DNA of 64,000 nucleotides from Armatimonadota bacterium. Lineage in GTDB: Bacteria; Armatimonadota; SYMT01. The position numbers were made by a program, and so were the translations under genes. The notes beneath the pieces are model-generated. The model was given only the letters and a program-made list of their open reading frames with translations, searched no databases and had not been told where the DNA came from. Of this stretch, positions 29,801 to 38,542 are shown piece by piece (position 1 is the first letter of the stretch; the number at the start of each line of letters is the position of its first letter). Location of the stretch: assembly GCA_041690135.1 (NCBI GenBank), contig JAWLHY010000002.1:128001-192000 (forward strand), read 5' to 3'.

Positions 29801-31121
29801 CGCCGCCAGCCTCCTGCCGCTCATCGGCCCCGTACCGGGCCAGGCTTCCGGTGGTCGCTATACCGCCTCGCTGAGCCTGAGCGGCACGCCGGCCCGCCCC
29901 GTGGCGCATGCCGAGGGGAGAGCCGAGGTCACTGGCGCCCGGTGGATTCCACCAGGCAAGAAAGCCGTGTTGCCGATCGAACGGGCGGCGGCCCATTTCG
30001 TCCGCGAAGGAGACCACGTCCGGATCAACAACGCGGAGCTACGGATACCCGGCGGTCGCGCCACGCTGGCCGGCATGATCCAGGGCCTCTACGCGCCCAC
30101 CGGCACCCGGCATCACGTACGCCTCTCGTGGCGTCTGCAAAATGCCAGTGGCTGGGCAAGCCGCTTCTTACCCGTGCCGGGGTGGTTCACGGGTGGTCTG
30201 TTTACCGGCGAGGCGAAACTCAGCGGCAACCTGCGCCGGCCCGCGACCTCCGGGTCCGGCCGCTTCGAGGTCCGCAACGCCGGCTTCATGCCGCCGCAGC
30301 CGATCCTGGGTGGGCCGGTGCGCCCCATCGACGTGCGGTGGGCTCGGGGCCTGTTCCGGCGGGGGGATGGAAAGACGTATCTCACCGACCTGGATCTGAA
30401 TACGTCGGTCGGGACCGCCACGGGAACGGTGACCTCGGACGACCGGGGCAATGCCGACCTCCAGGCGAAGGCCGTCGTCACGCGCCTGGAGGCGCTGGTC
30501 GACCTCTGGCCCGGCTTCAAAGACCGCCTCCGCGGCGGGAGCGGTGAGATGCACCTGGCGCTGAAGGGTCCGCTGGGACGACCGCGGGACTTACGTGGCC
30601 CCGTTACCCTCATCGGTAGAGGAGGCAGCTTCACGGTGGAGAATGTGGACGAGCTCTACGCCAGCCACCCGTTCGAGGAGCTGAGTGCCCGCTTGTTGCT
30701 GGAGGGCGCCGGGCAGGTGCGCTTCCAGGAGATCCGGATGCGCGGCCCCAAGGCCAACCTCGACGGTCGGGGTCTCATCACCGGCAAAGGACAGGTGGAT
30801 ATCCGGGGGAAAGGCTGGTTTGCCGAAGGGTTCACGAAGAAGCTGTTCAAGCCGCGAATTCTCTGGCCGGTGGCGAAGCTGGTCGGCTTCCGCCGGCTGA
30901 AGTCGGACTTCAAGATCCGCGGCACGCTGCGGGAGGCCCGGCTGGATGCCGGCATTACGGACGGCCTGCTCTGGAAGCTGGCCATCCGCAAGCGCGTCCC
31001 GGAGCCCCTGCGCAGAATCGCGACCGGTGACGTACCCCTCTGGTCTGCCGACAACAAAAGTAGGGTGGCAGCCCGTGTCACGAGTCGAGCTCGCTCAGCG
31101 TACAGTGTCTCGACCCGGTAG
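26823..31121 (+). CDS. AsmA-like / TamB-like large beta-strand protein (about 1430 aa)
   Basis: Single N-terminal TM helix; 'LSQVLQRPVEIGKV...LKGLEV' AsmA-like start; repetitive amphipathic beta strands; C-terminal 'FKIRGTLREARL'. Confidence 0.75.
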   Translation: MRNWRQWRRRVWVLLLLGLLGGGITAYRAQEFARRELPDYLARYLSQVLQRPVEIGKVSAWPPGAFSLKGLEVLPGPDEAASPITARRARVYIDWWRLLHGHVQVRRIHLDQAHLRASLDLAGADAAQANVGETLLSLSSLGLVELGLHDSAVDITATLANGVTQPVTIRGIDFRTRLRHDSFVFVTAWNRWSAGGLSAQDLRFAGKGDARTITLTKSHARFQGGKLEAEGTYLTQGGDVAMQVAVRDLPLGDLTQQLGIPEEWAVEGKLNGTIEVSAISGELQRIDGTVRVAQGSIARSRAVFPWTTATAIVDWDRETITLKEIDIRGDGIRLGGQADLRGDPSAPFPERFYRAEGRVEATSAEAVAALARVLAFSNSVPNGWSVRRGTLDFRAHGKVAEMEESHALGEFAAEGLALQVAPRRGALEIAAVRGKFSRRDDRLEVTEVVGTAEGLTAHAEALITPGEGNRGGTFRTTGRVEFTSLATLRQQLPEVPLWEWVLPARPASRGEITFAAHGPTSAPENLTGSGSFRFREFSARVTPAQGERPWTFPVRAVTGRYALEDGDLALRGVRLQSDLFTADAQGTLRDVAQKGPFVGRARLVSSRWRELPPLQGRVPAGLTGGTLALELRTAGATEGPAPLVGTVDLRGATYLAAFHGRQRRLQLETARADFRLAGDRITIPSYHVVSPQFTTTGSGSGRQRRRGREAGWQVHGEGTLVTRNAGELLRWVSGREVLRGGALRAQYVVDSHTSAPERAITTANVRITGGHPVLPPGALPFRPEETRIVALTGRFHSRGGVVRFRDAVWQAPRFRAEGEGIFDGTNLAGDFRLTTRNWQALAGNLVRGLPVAGGTLTLAGRLEGPVAGLRTRPFRGTVTLRGARLAQVSGWNVVGGELDLRTGVSGTLDRLAASTLEGTFSVRNLTLPPLRAGSERLHITVARGSFAREGDRMNLRNLVARAGGARLTGRGSLRGMGTRALSHSFALAARGESAASLLPLIGPVPGQASGGRYTASLSLSGTPARPVAHAEGRAEVTGARWIPPGKKAVLPIERAAAHFVREGDHVRINNAELRIPGGRATLAGMIQGLYAPTGTRHHVRLSWRLQNASGWASRFLPVPGWFTGGLFTGEAKLSGNLRRPATSGSGRFEVRNAGFMPPQPILGGPVRPIDVRWARGLFRRGDGKTYLTDLDLNTSVGTATGTVTSDDRGNADLQAKAVVTRLEALVDLWPGFKDRLRGGSGEMHLALKGPLGRPRDLRGPVTLIGRGGSFTVENVDELYASHPFEELSARLLLEGAGQVRFQEIRMRGPKANLDGRGLITGKGQVDIRGKGWFAEGFTKKLFKPRILWPVAKLVGFRRLKSDFKIRGTLREARLDAGITDGLLWKLAIRKRVPEPLRRIATGDVPLWSADNKSRVAARVTSRARSAYSVSTR

Positions 31122-31139
31122 CGAGAAATGGAGTAGGCT

Positions 31140-31358
31140 GTGAACGACCCGACATACGAAATCCTGACGTTGGGCTGCGACCATCGCTGGTACAGTGGCA
31201 CCACCGAGAAGAAGGTGCTGGGCAAAGATACGGAACTGGCGCGCATCCTGAACGAATATGGCGAGTGCGGCTGGAGCGTGGTGGCGGCGTGTGGCGACGC
31301 CCGCTTCCGGCAGGTGATCCTTACCCGCAGCTTTGATGCCGACTACGCCACTCCCTGA
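31140..31358 (+). CDS. Small DUF4177-like protein
   Basis: YEILTL...LARILNEYGECGWSVVA...ILTR pattern; GTG start after GGAG. Confidence 0.6.
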   Translation: MNDPTYEILTLGCDHRWYSGTTEKKVLGKDTELARILNEYGECGWSVVAACGDARFRQVILTRSFDADYATP

Positions 31359-31854
31359 ACTGCAGATTCCCGGGGCCGGCAGCCTGGAAACGCTCTCACG
31401 CGGGAGGCCGGTCCTGCTCCTGTTCCTGCGGCACCTCGGCTGAATTTTCTGCCGCGAAGCGGTGGCGGGCCTGGCAGGCCTGCGTGAGGAGTTAGAACGG
31501 AGAAACGGCGTCGTGGTGGTAGTCCACTTCGGAGACCCCCAACGGGCGGCGGAGTTGCTGGCTTCCATTCCCGGCACCCAGGGCTTCCATCTGGTGGCCG
31601 ACCCGGAGCGCCGCCTCTACCGTTCCTTCGGCCTCGGCAGCGGCTCGCTCCGGCAGATCATGGGCCCCCGCGTTTGGCTGCGGGGCGCCCGCGCCTTCTT
31701 CAGCGGCTTCCGTCCCGGTAAACCCCAGGGCGACCTCCACCAGATGTCCGGCGCCTTCGTCGTCCGCGACGGACGGGTCACCGCCGCACACCCCTACCGC
31801 GACTCCACCGACCACCCCGACTTCCTGCGGCTGCTCGCCACCTCGCCGGAGTAG
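31336..31854 (+). CDS. Selenoprotein: peroxiredoxin-like (AhpC-TSA_2 / SelL-related) redox protein, Sec at codon 36
   Basis: ATG 31336 reads MPTTPLPELQIPGAGSLETLSRGRPVLLLFLRHLG-TGA(31441)-IFCREAVAGL and continues in frame into the track ORF 31462-31854 (ADPERRLYRSFGL, QMSGAFVV); UxxC occupies the family CxxC position. Confidence 0.88.
31465..31483 (+). promoter_or_regulatory. Candidate bacterial SECIS hairpin
   Basis: GCGGGCCT-GGC-AGGCCTGC, 8-bp stem with a G-initiated loop 29 nt after the UGA. Confidence 0.6.
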
Positions 31855-31919
31855 TCCCGCCGTTCTCCCTCCGGCACCCCCGCCCACCAACCGAGAATCC
31901 CCCTGGAATAGCCCCACCT

Positions 31920-31975
31920 CTTCCCATCCTTATCGATCCTTATCCTCCGTTTTCTTATCTTTATCCTTATCGATT
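31920..31975. repeat. Imperfect ATCCTT hexamer tandem repeat
   Basis: ATCCTTATCGATCCTTATCCTCC...TTATCTTTATCCTTATCG; same family as 57168-57452. Confidence 0.65.
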
Positions 31976-31997
31976 CCCGTCCTAACCCGCTAAGCCC

Positions 31998-32669
31998 ATG
32001 CCCCGCAACCTCCTCTGGAATCTCTTTCTCGCCGTGGTGCCCGTGGTGCTCGCCTATCTCCTGGCGTGGGGCCTGGGGAAGGGCGGGCGACGGCCGCTGC
32101 CGCTCTGGATTTGCTTGCCGATCGCCCTGGTGTGGCTGGTGTTCCTGCCGAATACCTGTTACCTGCTCACGGAGTGGCGGCACCTGCTGTTCGACCGCCG
32201 GTGGGCGGGATTGCTCGACGCGGGCCGGACCGACCGGATCGCCATGCTGCGGACGGCCAAGTGGGCGCTCTTCTTCCTCGCTTACAGCGGGGTCGGCGTG
32301 CTACTCTTCGCCCTGGCGGTGCGGCCGATGGAGCAGTGGGCGCGCGCCAATGGGCGCAACCCCGTCCCCTTCGCACCGGTCTTCTTCTTCCTCATGTCGC
32401 TCGGTGTCTACCTCGGCTTGATCGAGCGCCTCAACTCCTGGGACCTCTTCAATCGCCCTTCTTACGTCTGGCAGGAGGCGGTGGAGGGTGTCACCAACCG
32501 CATGCTCCTGCTCTCCATCGGCATCTTCGCTCTACTCCTCTGGGGCCTCTACGAGGCGGTGGACATCTGGGTGGACGGGGTCGCCGAACGCCTCCAACGC
32601 CTCGGAGGCGGCGGGGGTGGTGGGGGTGGCGGTAAGCCTCCAGTGAGAAGTAGCAAGAAAAAGAAATAG
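31998..32669 (+). CDS. DUF1361 membrane protein
   Basis: LLWNLFLAVVP, WLVFLPNTCYLLTEWRHL, GVYLGLIERLNSWD. Confidence 0.85.
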   Translation: MPRNLLWNLFLAVVPVVLAYLLAWGLGKGGRRPLPLWICLPIALVWLVFLPNTCYLLTEWRHLLFDRRWAGLLDAGRTDRIAMLRTAKWALFFLAYSGVGVLLFALAVRPMEQWARANGRNPVPFAPVFFFLMSLGVYLGLIERLNSWDLFNRPSYVWQEAVEGVTNRMLLLSIGIFALLLWGLYEAVDIWVDGVAERLQRLGGGGGGGGGGKPPVRSSKKKK

Positions 32670-32770
32670 AGAGTACGGTCGTCTCTGCGAGGAGGGGTAA
32701 AACCCAGCCGCCTTCACAGATCACTGCCGCCCCACTGTCGAAGCGCAGCCATCGTGAACCTGCACCCCGG

Positions 32771-32850
32771 TACCCAACGTGGCAGGCCCCCTGGTCAGGG
32801 AAGCTGTGCTTACCCAGACGTGGCAAGCCTCCGGGTCAGGGAAGTTGTGT
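32771..32850 (+). repeat. Two tandem 40-bp imperfect direct repeats upstream of folD
   Basis: TACCCAACGTGGCAGGCCCCCTGGTCAGGGAAGCTGTG / TACCCAGACGTGGCAAGCCTCCGGGTCAGGGAAGTTGTG. Confidence 0.75.
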
Positions 32851-32955
32851 CGCACCTGAATTCCTACGCCCAAACAGAACGGCGTGAGATAATTGCTTCC
32901 GGCGGGCATGTGGGAATAACAGGCCCGGCATGCGAACGGACAAGGGAGGGCGCGA

Positions 32956-33816
32956 ATGGCGGCGGAGATCATCGACGGTCAGCGGATTTCGAAGGAGATC
33001 CTGGAAGAAGTACGGATCGAGACCGAGGCGTTGAAGGGACAGGGAGTCCATCCGGGGCTGGCAGTTGTTATGGTGGGAGAGGACCCGGCCTCGCAGATTT
33101 ACGTGCGGAAGAAGCTGGAGATCGCCCACGGCCTGGGTATCCACAGCGAGGACCACATCCTGCCGGCCTCGATTTCGCAGGAAGAGTTGCACAGGGTCAT
33201 CGCCCAATTGAATGCCGACCCGAAGATCCACGGGATCCTCGTCCAGTCGCCGGTGCCCGCGCCGCTGAACGAGCGCGCCGCTCTGAATGCCGTCGATCCG
33301 CGCAAGGACGTAGACGGCCTGCACCCCCTGAACGCCGGCGCCCTGATGCACGGCGGAACCCCGATGCCGCCCTGCACCCCCGCCGGCTGCCTGGAGATGC
33401 TGCGCCGCACCGGCGTGGACCCCAGCGGCAAGGAAGCGGTGATCGTGGGGCGCAGCGACCTGGTCGGCAAGCCGGTGGCCATGCTGCTGCTGCACGCCAA
33501 CGCTACCGTGACTCTCTGCCACAGCCGCACGCGGGACCTGCCTGCGGTCTGCCGGCGCGCCGATATCCTGGTGGTAGCGATCGGACGCCCTCGCATGATC
33601 GACGCCAACTACGTGAAGGAAGGCGCCGTGGTCATTGACGTGGGCATCAACCGGGTGGATGGCAAGGTGGTGGGGGATGTCGACATGGCGTCGGTGAGCG
33701 AGAAGGCCGCGGCCCTGACTCCCGTGCCCCGTGGCGTCGGCCCGATGACCATCGCCATGCTGATGAAGAACACCCTCACCGCCGCGCGCCTGGCGCACGG
33801 ACTGCCGCTCCAATAA
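32956..33816 (+). CDS. folD: Bifunctional methylenetetrahydrofolate dehydrogenase/cyclohydrolase
   Basis: VGEDPASQIYVRKK, HGILVQ, KDVDG, PCTP, GRSDLVGKP, VIDVGINR, PVPRGVGPMTIAMLMKN. Confidence 0.96.
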   Translation: MAAEIIDGQRISKEILEEVRIETEALKGQGVHPGLAVVMVGEDPASQIYVRKKLEIAHGLGIHSEDHILPASISQEELHRVIAQLNADPKIHGILVQSPVPAPLNERAALNAVDPRKDVDGLHPLNAGALMHGGTPMPPCTPAGCLEMLRRTGVDPSGKEAVIVGRSDLVGKPVAMLLLHANATVTLCHSRTRDLPAVCRRADILVVAIGRPRMIDANYVKEGAVVIDVGINRVDGKVVGDVDMASVSEKAAALTPVPRGVGPMTIAMLMKNTLTAARLAHGLPLQ

Positions 33817-33858
33817 GAGGGCCAGACGGTTCGGACTTGGATGCGGGCGGGTTAGTTA

Positions 33859-33950
33859 GCCCCGGAGGGGCGTCGGAGAATAGCCGGGGGTGAGCGTAGC
33901 GCTACCCCCGGAAGATACCGTGAACGCCCATACCAAGCCCTGAAAGGGCG
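33859..33950 (+). repeat. REP-like multi-hairpin element
   Basis: GCCCC-GGA-GGGGC, CCGGGGG...CCCCCGG and GCCCT-GAA-AGGGC hairpins in series. Confidence 0.6.
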
Positions 33951-34042
33951 GCAGAGGACAGCCTTTGTAACCACCGAGCCGCCCTGCGTGTGAAAAGACC
34001 AGCAGCCGAGAATCCCGTTAAGGCATACGGGAGACTCAGGCG

Positions 34043-34528
34043 ATGCTGGAACCGATCCTGGAGCGACGCATATCGAGCCGGGCCTTTACCGGCCCTTACA
34101 TTCTGGGCGGGCTGGCGGCGGTGGGGATCGCCGTGGTCACCGGCCTTTTCGCACCGCCCTTGATTCCGCTGGCGCTTCTACCGCCCGCGGGGGTGTTCGT
34201 TTACTCCCGGCTGGCAATGGCGGGAAACCGCTACCGGCTGTTCGCGGACCGGCTGGAGGTGGAAAGCGGCCTCCTGACGCGGAGCATCGAGAACGTGGAG
34301 CTGTTCCGGGTCCGCGACGTGGGCCTGCGCCAGGGCATCCTGGGCCGGCTCGCGAACTTCGGCGACGTCTACCTGCAGAGCACCGATGCCAGCACGCCGG
34401 ACGTCCGCCTCACCAGCGTCGACGCCCCCAAGCAGGTGTATGAGGAGATCCGCCACCTGGTCTCCGAGAGCCGCGCCGGCCACCGCACCCTCATTCTGGA
34501 GCAGGGACAGGCTGTTGACGAAGGGTGA
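34043..34528 (+). CDS. Bacterial PH domain (bPH_2) membrane protein
   Basis: Two TM helices then YRLFADRLEVESGLL...VELFRVRDV...QGILGRLANFGDV...STDASTP. Confidence 0.8.
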   Translation: MLEPILERRISSRAFTGPYILGGLAAVGIAVVTGLFAPPLIPLALLPPAGVFVYSRLAMAGNRYRLFADRLEVESGLLTRSIENVELFRVRDVGLRQGILGRLANFGDVYLQSTDASTPDVRLTSVDAPKQVYEEIRHLVSESRAGHRTLILEQGQAVDEG

Positions 34529-34988
34529 ACTGTTGACGCAGCAGGTTCACCTGCCCGGCGTGGTAATGATCGTGCTCGATCACGATGCCGAGCACCTCGA
34601 GGACAGAGAGGCGCTCCCCTTCCAGTGTGACGAGGGTCTCGAGCCAGCCCTCCCGTTCGGAGTTCTCCTCCAGCAGCCGCGCCATCCGCGCGTGTCCGCT
34701 CCGCAGCCATTCCAGCATCCCGGACCAGCCGAAGTCGTGCGGCAGCACCGCCTCCGCATCCGGGAAGCCGCCCCCCTCCAGGCCGTCCGCAATCACGTGC
34801 TTCCACGCCGCGACGTGCCACACGATCCCGGCGATGGACCCGTCCAGCCCCACCCCGAACCGCTCCCGCCGCCAGTTCGCATCCACCCCCCACCACGCCT
34901 CGGCCTCGGTTACCCCCTCCAGGCTCCGCCCCAACTCCCGATGCGCGTGCCCCAGTCGATCACTCACATAAGTATGCAGAGGAGGCAT
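34491..34988 (-). CDS. DinB family protein
   Basis: SIAGIVWHVA and EHDHYHAGQVNLLR His triad; ATG 34988 with GGAG. Confidence 0.85.
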   Translation of the reverse strand: MPPLHTYVSDRLGHAHRELGRSLEGVTEAEAWWGVDANWRRERFGVGLDGSIAGIVWHVAAWKHVIADGLEGGGFPDAEAVLPHDFGWSGMLEWLRSGHARMARLLEENSEREGWLETLVTLEGERLSVLEVLGIVIEHDHYHAGQVNLLRQQFTLRQQPVPAPE

Positions 34989-35050
34989 TGACTTCTCCGC
35001 AGGCTTGAAGCCTGCCCAAAAGGTATCAGCTGCACCCAGACCTGCCAGTG

Positions 35051-35656
35051 TCAGTCCGGCGAGCATTGCGTCGCCAGGACGCCAGCAGGATCAACGGCGC
35101 CACGCACCGTCTGCCGGATCCACTCCTCTCGCAGGAGGGCGTACCAATATTCGCTGCTCCACCGCCCCTTAAACCACGTACTGGCGATTGTGTGGCCCTC
35201 GCGCCGCATTCCGACCCGCGCAAGCAGTCGCGCCGAAGAATGGTTGTCCGCATCGCAGGTAGCACGAACACGATGCAGTGCGAGATCTTCGAACAGGTAA
35301 GCAAGCAACCTGGTTACGGCTTCCGTGGCAAAGCCCTGGTGTTGAGCCGACCGACGCAACGTGAAGCCGATGTCCGCCTGGCGACTATCCTCGGCAAGAA
35401 GGCAGAAGGCACAGTCGCCCAGCAGGTCGGCGGTTTCCTTGCATTCGATGGCGATCTGGTACCAGGCGCCGGGAGTCGCGGGTCGCGCATCATAGAGCTC
35501 CGCCAGAAAAGCGGTAGCCTGGGCCTGGGTATACGGGACATCCCAAGACTGGTACCTGGCAACCTGCGGATCGGAGCGGTAAGCGGCGAACGCAGGTACA
35601 TCCGTCTTCCGGAAGGACCGAAGAAACAATCGCGGCGTTTCTAGCTCGGGGAACAT
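35051..35656 (-). CDS. RimJ/RimL-type GNAT N-acetyltransferase
   Basis: ETPRLFLR, YRSDPQVARYQSW, QHQGFATEA, DNHSSARLLARVGMRREG, YALLREEW. Confidence 0.9.
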   Translation of the reverse strand: MFPELETPRLFLRSFRKTDVPAFAAYRSDPQVARYQSWDVPYTQAQATAFLAELYDARPATPGAWYQIAIECKETADLLGDCAFCLLAEDSRQADIGFTLRRSAQHQGFATEAVTRLLAYLFEDLALHRVRATCDADNHSSARLLARVGMRREGHTIASTWFKGRWSSEYWYALLREEWIRQTVRGAVDPAGVLATQCSPD

Positions 35657-35863
35657 AAATCCATCACCTGAAGTTGTTATGGTTGCTAAGCAGATATGTT
35701 TGCTTTACGGCCCAAACTGCTCCACGCCCATCCCAAAACGAGATCGGCCCTGCAACGGCAGCTTTTTGGTTCTGGCTATATTCTACGAGCCGACTTCCGC
35801 TAGAAGGATCCCCGATCACCGGCCCGGGCTAAATACCGGAAAACCATCGTCCAAGGGATCGGC

Positions 35864-36043
35864 CGAACACCTGAACACGCGAGCACCTGAAAACCCGACG
35901 AGCCTTCCAACTTGCTAACCTGCAACTCGGATCCCGTTTCGCCAACACGTACCCGTTACCGACAACAGGGGTCCCCAACCTTTAGCCCCCGAGGGGGGCT
36001 TCAACTTTCAACCTGCCAACTTTCAACCTGCCAACCTTCAACT
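35864..36043. repeat. Mixed short tandem repeats (ACCTGAAC octamer; CCTTCAA/CTGCCAA heptamer) and a GCCCCCGAGGGGGGC hairpin
   Basis: CCGAACACCTGAACACGCGAGCACCTGAAAACCCGA; TTCAACTTTCAACCTGCCAACTTTCAACCTGCCAACCTTCAAC. Confidence 0.7.
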
Positions 36044-36084
36044 CTGGTCCGGTCCCCGCCAAACCGTTCTCCTACCGGAAACCC

Positions 36085-37062
36085 CTAGAACCAGTTCCGC
36101 TTGTCCACCACGTTCACCAGTGGCTGGTCGGCGGCGAAGCGACGGCAGTTCTCGATGAAGATCTCGGTGCGGCGCTCCTGGAGGTAGGGCCCCTCGCCGC
36201 CCATGTGCGGGGTGAGCAGCGCGTTGGGCGCCGTCCAGAGCGGGTGATCGGCCGGCAGCGGCTCGATCTGGTAGACGTCCAGGCCCGCTCCCGCGATCTC
36301 ACCGGCTTCCAGGGCGGCGACCAGGTCGTCCAGGACCACGATGGCGCCGCGGCTGATATTGATCAGGTAGGCGGAAGGCTTCATCTTCCGGAGGCGTTCC
36401 CGGTCGAAGAGGCCCTGGGTCTGCGGCGTTTCCGGCGCGGTGCTGATGACGAAGTCGGCCTGGGGGAGCAGACCGTCGAGGGCCTCCGGGCGGTGCAACT
36501 CGGCGACGCCCTCGGGGGCCGTTTCCCGGCGCGGATCGACGCCCACCACCTTCACGCCGAAGGCCGCCAACATCCGGGCGGCTTCCGCGCCGATCCCTCC
36601 CACGCCCACCAGCAAGGCGGTAGCCTCGGGCAGGTGGACCAGCGGCGCCTCGGGGTTCCACTCCCGGTGAAGCTGCCGGGGGATGTACCGGTGGAAGCCG
36701 CGGGAGAACGCCAGGACGAACGCCATGATGTGCGCGCCGAGGTGGTCGTTGAAGATCTCGCGGAAATTAGTGACCACCACCGGGTGCTCCACCAGTTCGG
36801 GATAGTAGTAACCCGCGGGCGGCCCGGCCATCGGCGCCTGGATCCAGCGCAGCCGGGTGGCGCGCTGCAGCAGGTCCGACGTCACCGTCCCGAACACCGC
36901 ATCGGCATCGACAATCGCTTCCGGCGCCGCGGCGAGGTCTTCCAGCATCACGACCTCGGCGCCGGGGACGGCTTCGCGGATGAGACCGGGCCAGTGCTCC
37001 TGGTAGGACGGCGGAAGCAGGACGATCTTGAACGGCCGCGCGGGGCCGGAGGGATGGCTCAT
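36085..37062 (-). CDS. D-2-hydroxyacid dehydrogenase
   Basis: GVGGIG, PETPQTQGLF, INISRG, GAGLDVYQIEPLP, TPHMGG. Confidence 0.92.
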   Translation of the reverse strand: MSHPSGPARPFKIVLLPPSYQEHWPGLIREAVPGAEVVMLEDLAAAPEAIVDADAVFGTVTSDLLQRATRLRWIQAPMAGPPAGYYYPELVEHPVVVTNFREIFNDHLGAHIMAFVLAFSRGFHRYIPRQLHREWNPEAPLVHLPEATALLVGVGGIGAEAARMLAAFGVKVVGVDPRRETAPEGVAELHRPEALDGLLPQADFVISTAPETPQTQGLFDRERLRKMKPSAYLINISRGAIVVLDDLVAALEAGEIAGAGLDVYQIEPLPADHPLWTAPNALLTPHMGGEGPYLQERRTEIFIENCRRFAADQPLVNVVDKRNWF

Positions 37063-37110
37063 GAAGCGGATCTCCGAGAAAGTGGTCAGGGGAAGGGGCC
37101 GGTGGGAGGC

Positions 37111-37683
37111 CTACCGGGAAGAGGGGGCCTCGCCCGCGGGATCGGTCGTCCGTGGAGAGGCATCCCGGTCCAGGATCACCCCGTCCAGCGGCGGTCCCGG
37201 CGGAGACACCACCGGCCGGGGCGGGACGGGCGGCGCGGGCGGAACCCGGTCGAAGGGATCCTGCAGCGAGGGCCGAGCCGGCACTTCAACCGGCGTGGGC
37301 GGGACGAGTTGCGGGGCCGGGCTACTGCTGGTCAGGAAGTGAAGCAGGATGGGCGTCGTGAGCAGGGAAAACCCCAGCATCACGGCCGCGATACGGTTCC
37401 GTCTTTGCTCCAGAGTAGGGGAGTGGACGTGCGCCCGGGGCTGCACCGCCGCCTCCGCCTTCGCCCGCTGCGCGCGGGTAGCCGCCACCGCCGCCAGCAG
37501 CTCCTCCGGCGTGGCCTGGAGCCCCAGCTCGTTGATGGCCTCCCCGATGGAGATGGTGCGGGAGCGCTCCAGCGTTTCCCGCTCCCGGCGCGCTTCCAGG
37601 GCGGACATCGCCTCCACCAGCTCTTCCGGCGTGACCCGGACCTGCTCCGCGCGCGGCTCCTCTGCCTGCGTAAACTGCTGCAT
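37111..37683 (-). CDS. Hypothetical single-TM protein with Pro-rich tail
   Basis: RBS GGAGGAGG; helical N-terminus, TM 'IAAVMLGFSLLTTPILLHFL'. Confidence 0.7.
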   Translation of the reverse strand: MQQFTQAEEPRAEQVRVTPEELVEAMSALEARRERETLERSRTISIGEAINELGLQATPEELLAAVAATRAQRAKAEAAVQPRAHVHSPTLEQRRNRIAAVMLGFSLLTTPILLHFLTSSSPAPQLVPPTPVEVPARPSLQDPFDRVPPAPPVPPRPVVSPPGPPLDGVILDRDASPRTTDPAGEAPSSR

Positions 37684-37714
37684 CGCTCGGCCTCCTCCCG
37701 GGTGATTCTACCAC

Positions 37715-38215
37715 TCAATCCCTTTCGGCACCCGTCCCGGAGAGGAGATACCGTACATCCTCCTCCAAATGGGGCCACCGCCGCTCCAGTGCGTTGAGGG
37801 AGAGGACTTCCTTTCCTGCAAGCGAGACCTCCTCCAGTTCCACCCGGTTGCCTCGCACGCTGTGCACGAGCACCGCGATCGAAGGGACTACGGGTTGGAG
37901 GCGCCGCAGTCCCTCGAATAGGTGGGCGACAGCCTCGCTCTGCTTAGGTGAACGCTTCAGGCTGCAAGAGCACCCACGCACCTCCTCGCTGGCCCGGGTC
38001 CACGGCAAGTCCCCGATCAAGAACGCCGACCCCGCTTTCGGACCGCCCAGGGTAGCCTTCCCGATGGATAACGTCCTGGCATTCAGTAAGTACAAGCTCT
38101 CGGCGAATGTCGTTTCCAACACGGAAGCCTCCGCGGGCGCCGACACGCAAACCAGGAAGCATCCATGCGCCGGAAGGAGTTCCGCGTATTCTAATTGCTT
38201 GCGATCCGAAGCCAT
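37715..38215 (-). CDS. Hypothetical protein with CSCS motif
   Basis: ATG 38215 after GGGGAG; 166 aa of protein-like composition. Confidence 0.55.
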   Translation of the reverse strand: MASDRKQLEYAELLPAHGCFLVCVSAPAEASVLETTFAESLYLLNARTLSIGKATLGGPKAGSAFLIGDLPWTRASEEVRGCSCSLKRSPKQSEAVAHLFEGLRRLQPVVPSIAVLVHSVRGNRVELEEVSLAGKEVLSLNALERRWPHLEEDVRYLLSGTGAERD

Positions 38216-38542
38216 GCTCTCCCCCGGGTCACTCTGCGTAAGAACAACGTTCTGACGGTAGAATACCATCTCCCAGTATGAGAACGCTCTCCAGCGTCTC
38301 GCGGGTGCCCCCGGTTCCGATGCGCCCGCCCAGGACATCGAAGAGGGAATGGAGCAACTGTAGCCCCGCCCCGACTACCGTGGGCTACCTGCACAACGGA
38401 AGCAGGCTCCCACTGATCCAGTGGAAGCCTGCACAACCGTTTTCTTTACCAGCGCCGAACGCGGCCGGCACGGTTCTCCTCTTCTCAAGTTCCCCTCTGC
38501 GCCGGCTCTGCGTTCTCCGCGTCTCCGCGGTTGAATCCGGCC

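Noticed and set aside
32700-32955. ZTP (pfl) or THF riboswitch upstream of folD
   Set aside because: GGGAAG is present, but the GACUG 5' motif and CGCCUGGGC 3' stem are absent; no THF consensus seen
34491-34528. 38-nt 3' overlap of the convergent PH-domain and DinB genes
   Set aside because: Short tail-to-tail overlaps are common and no other signal supports a function
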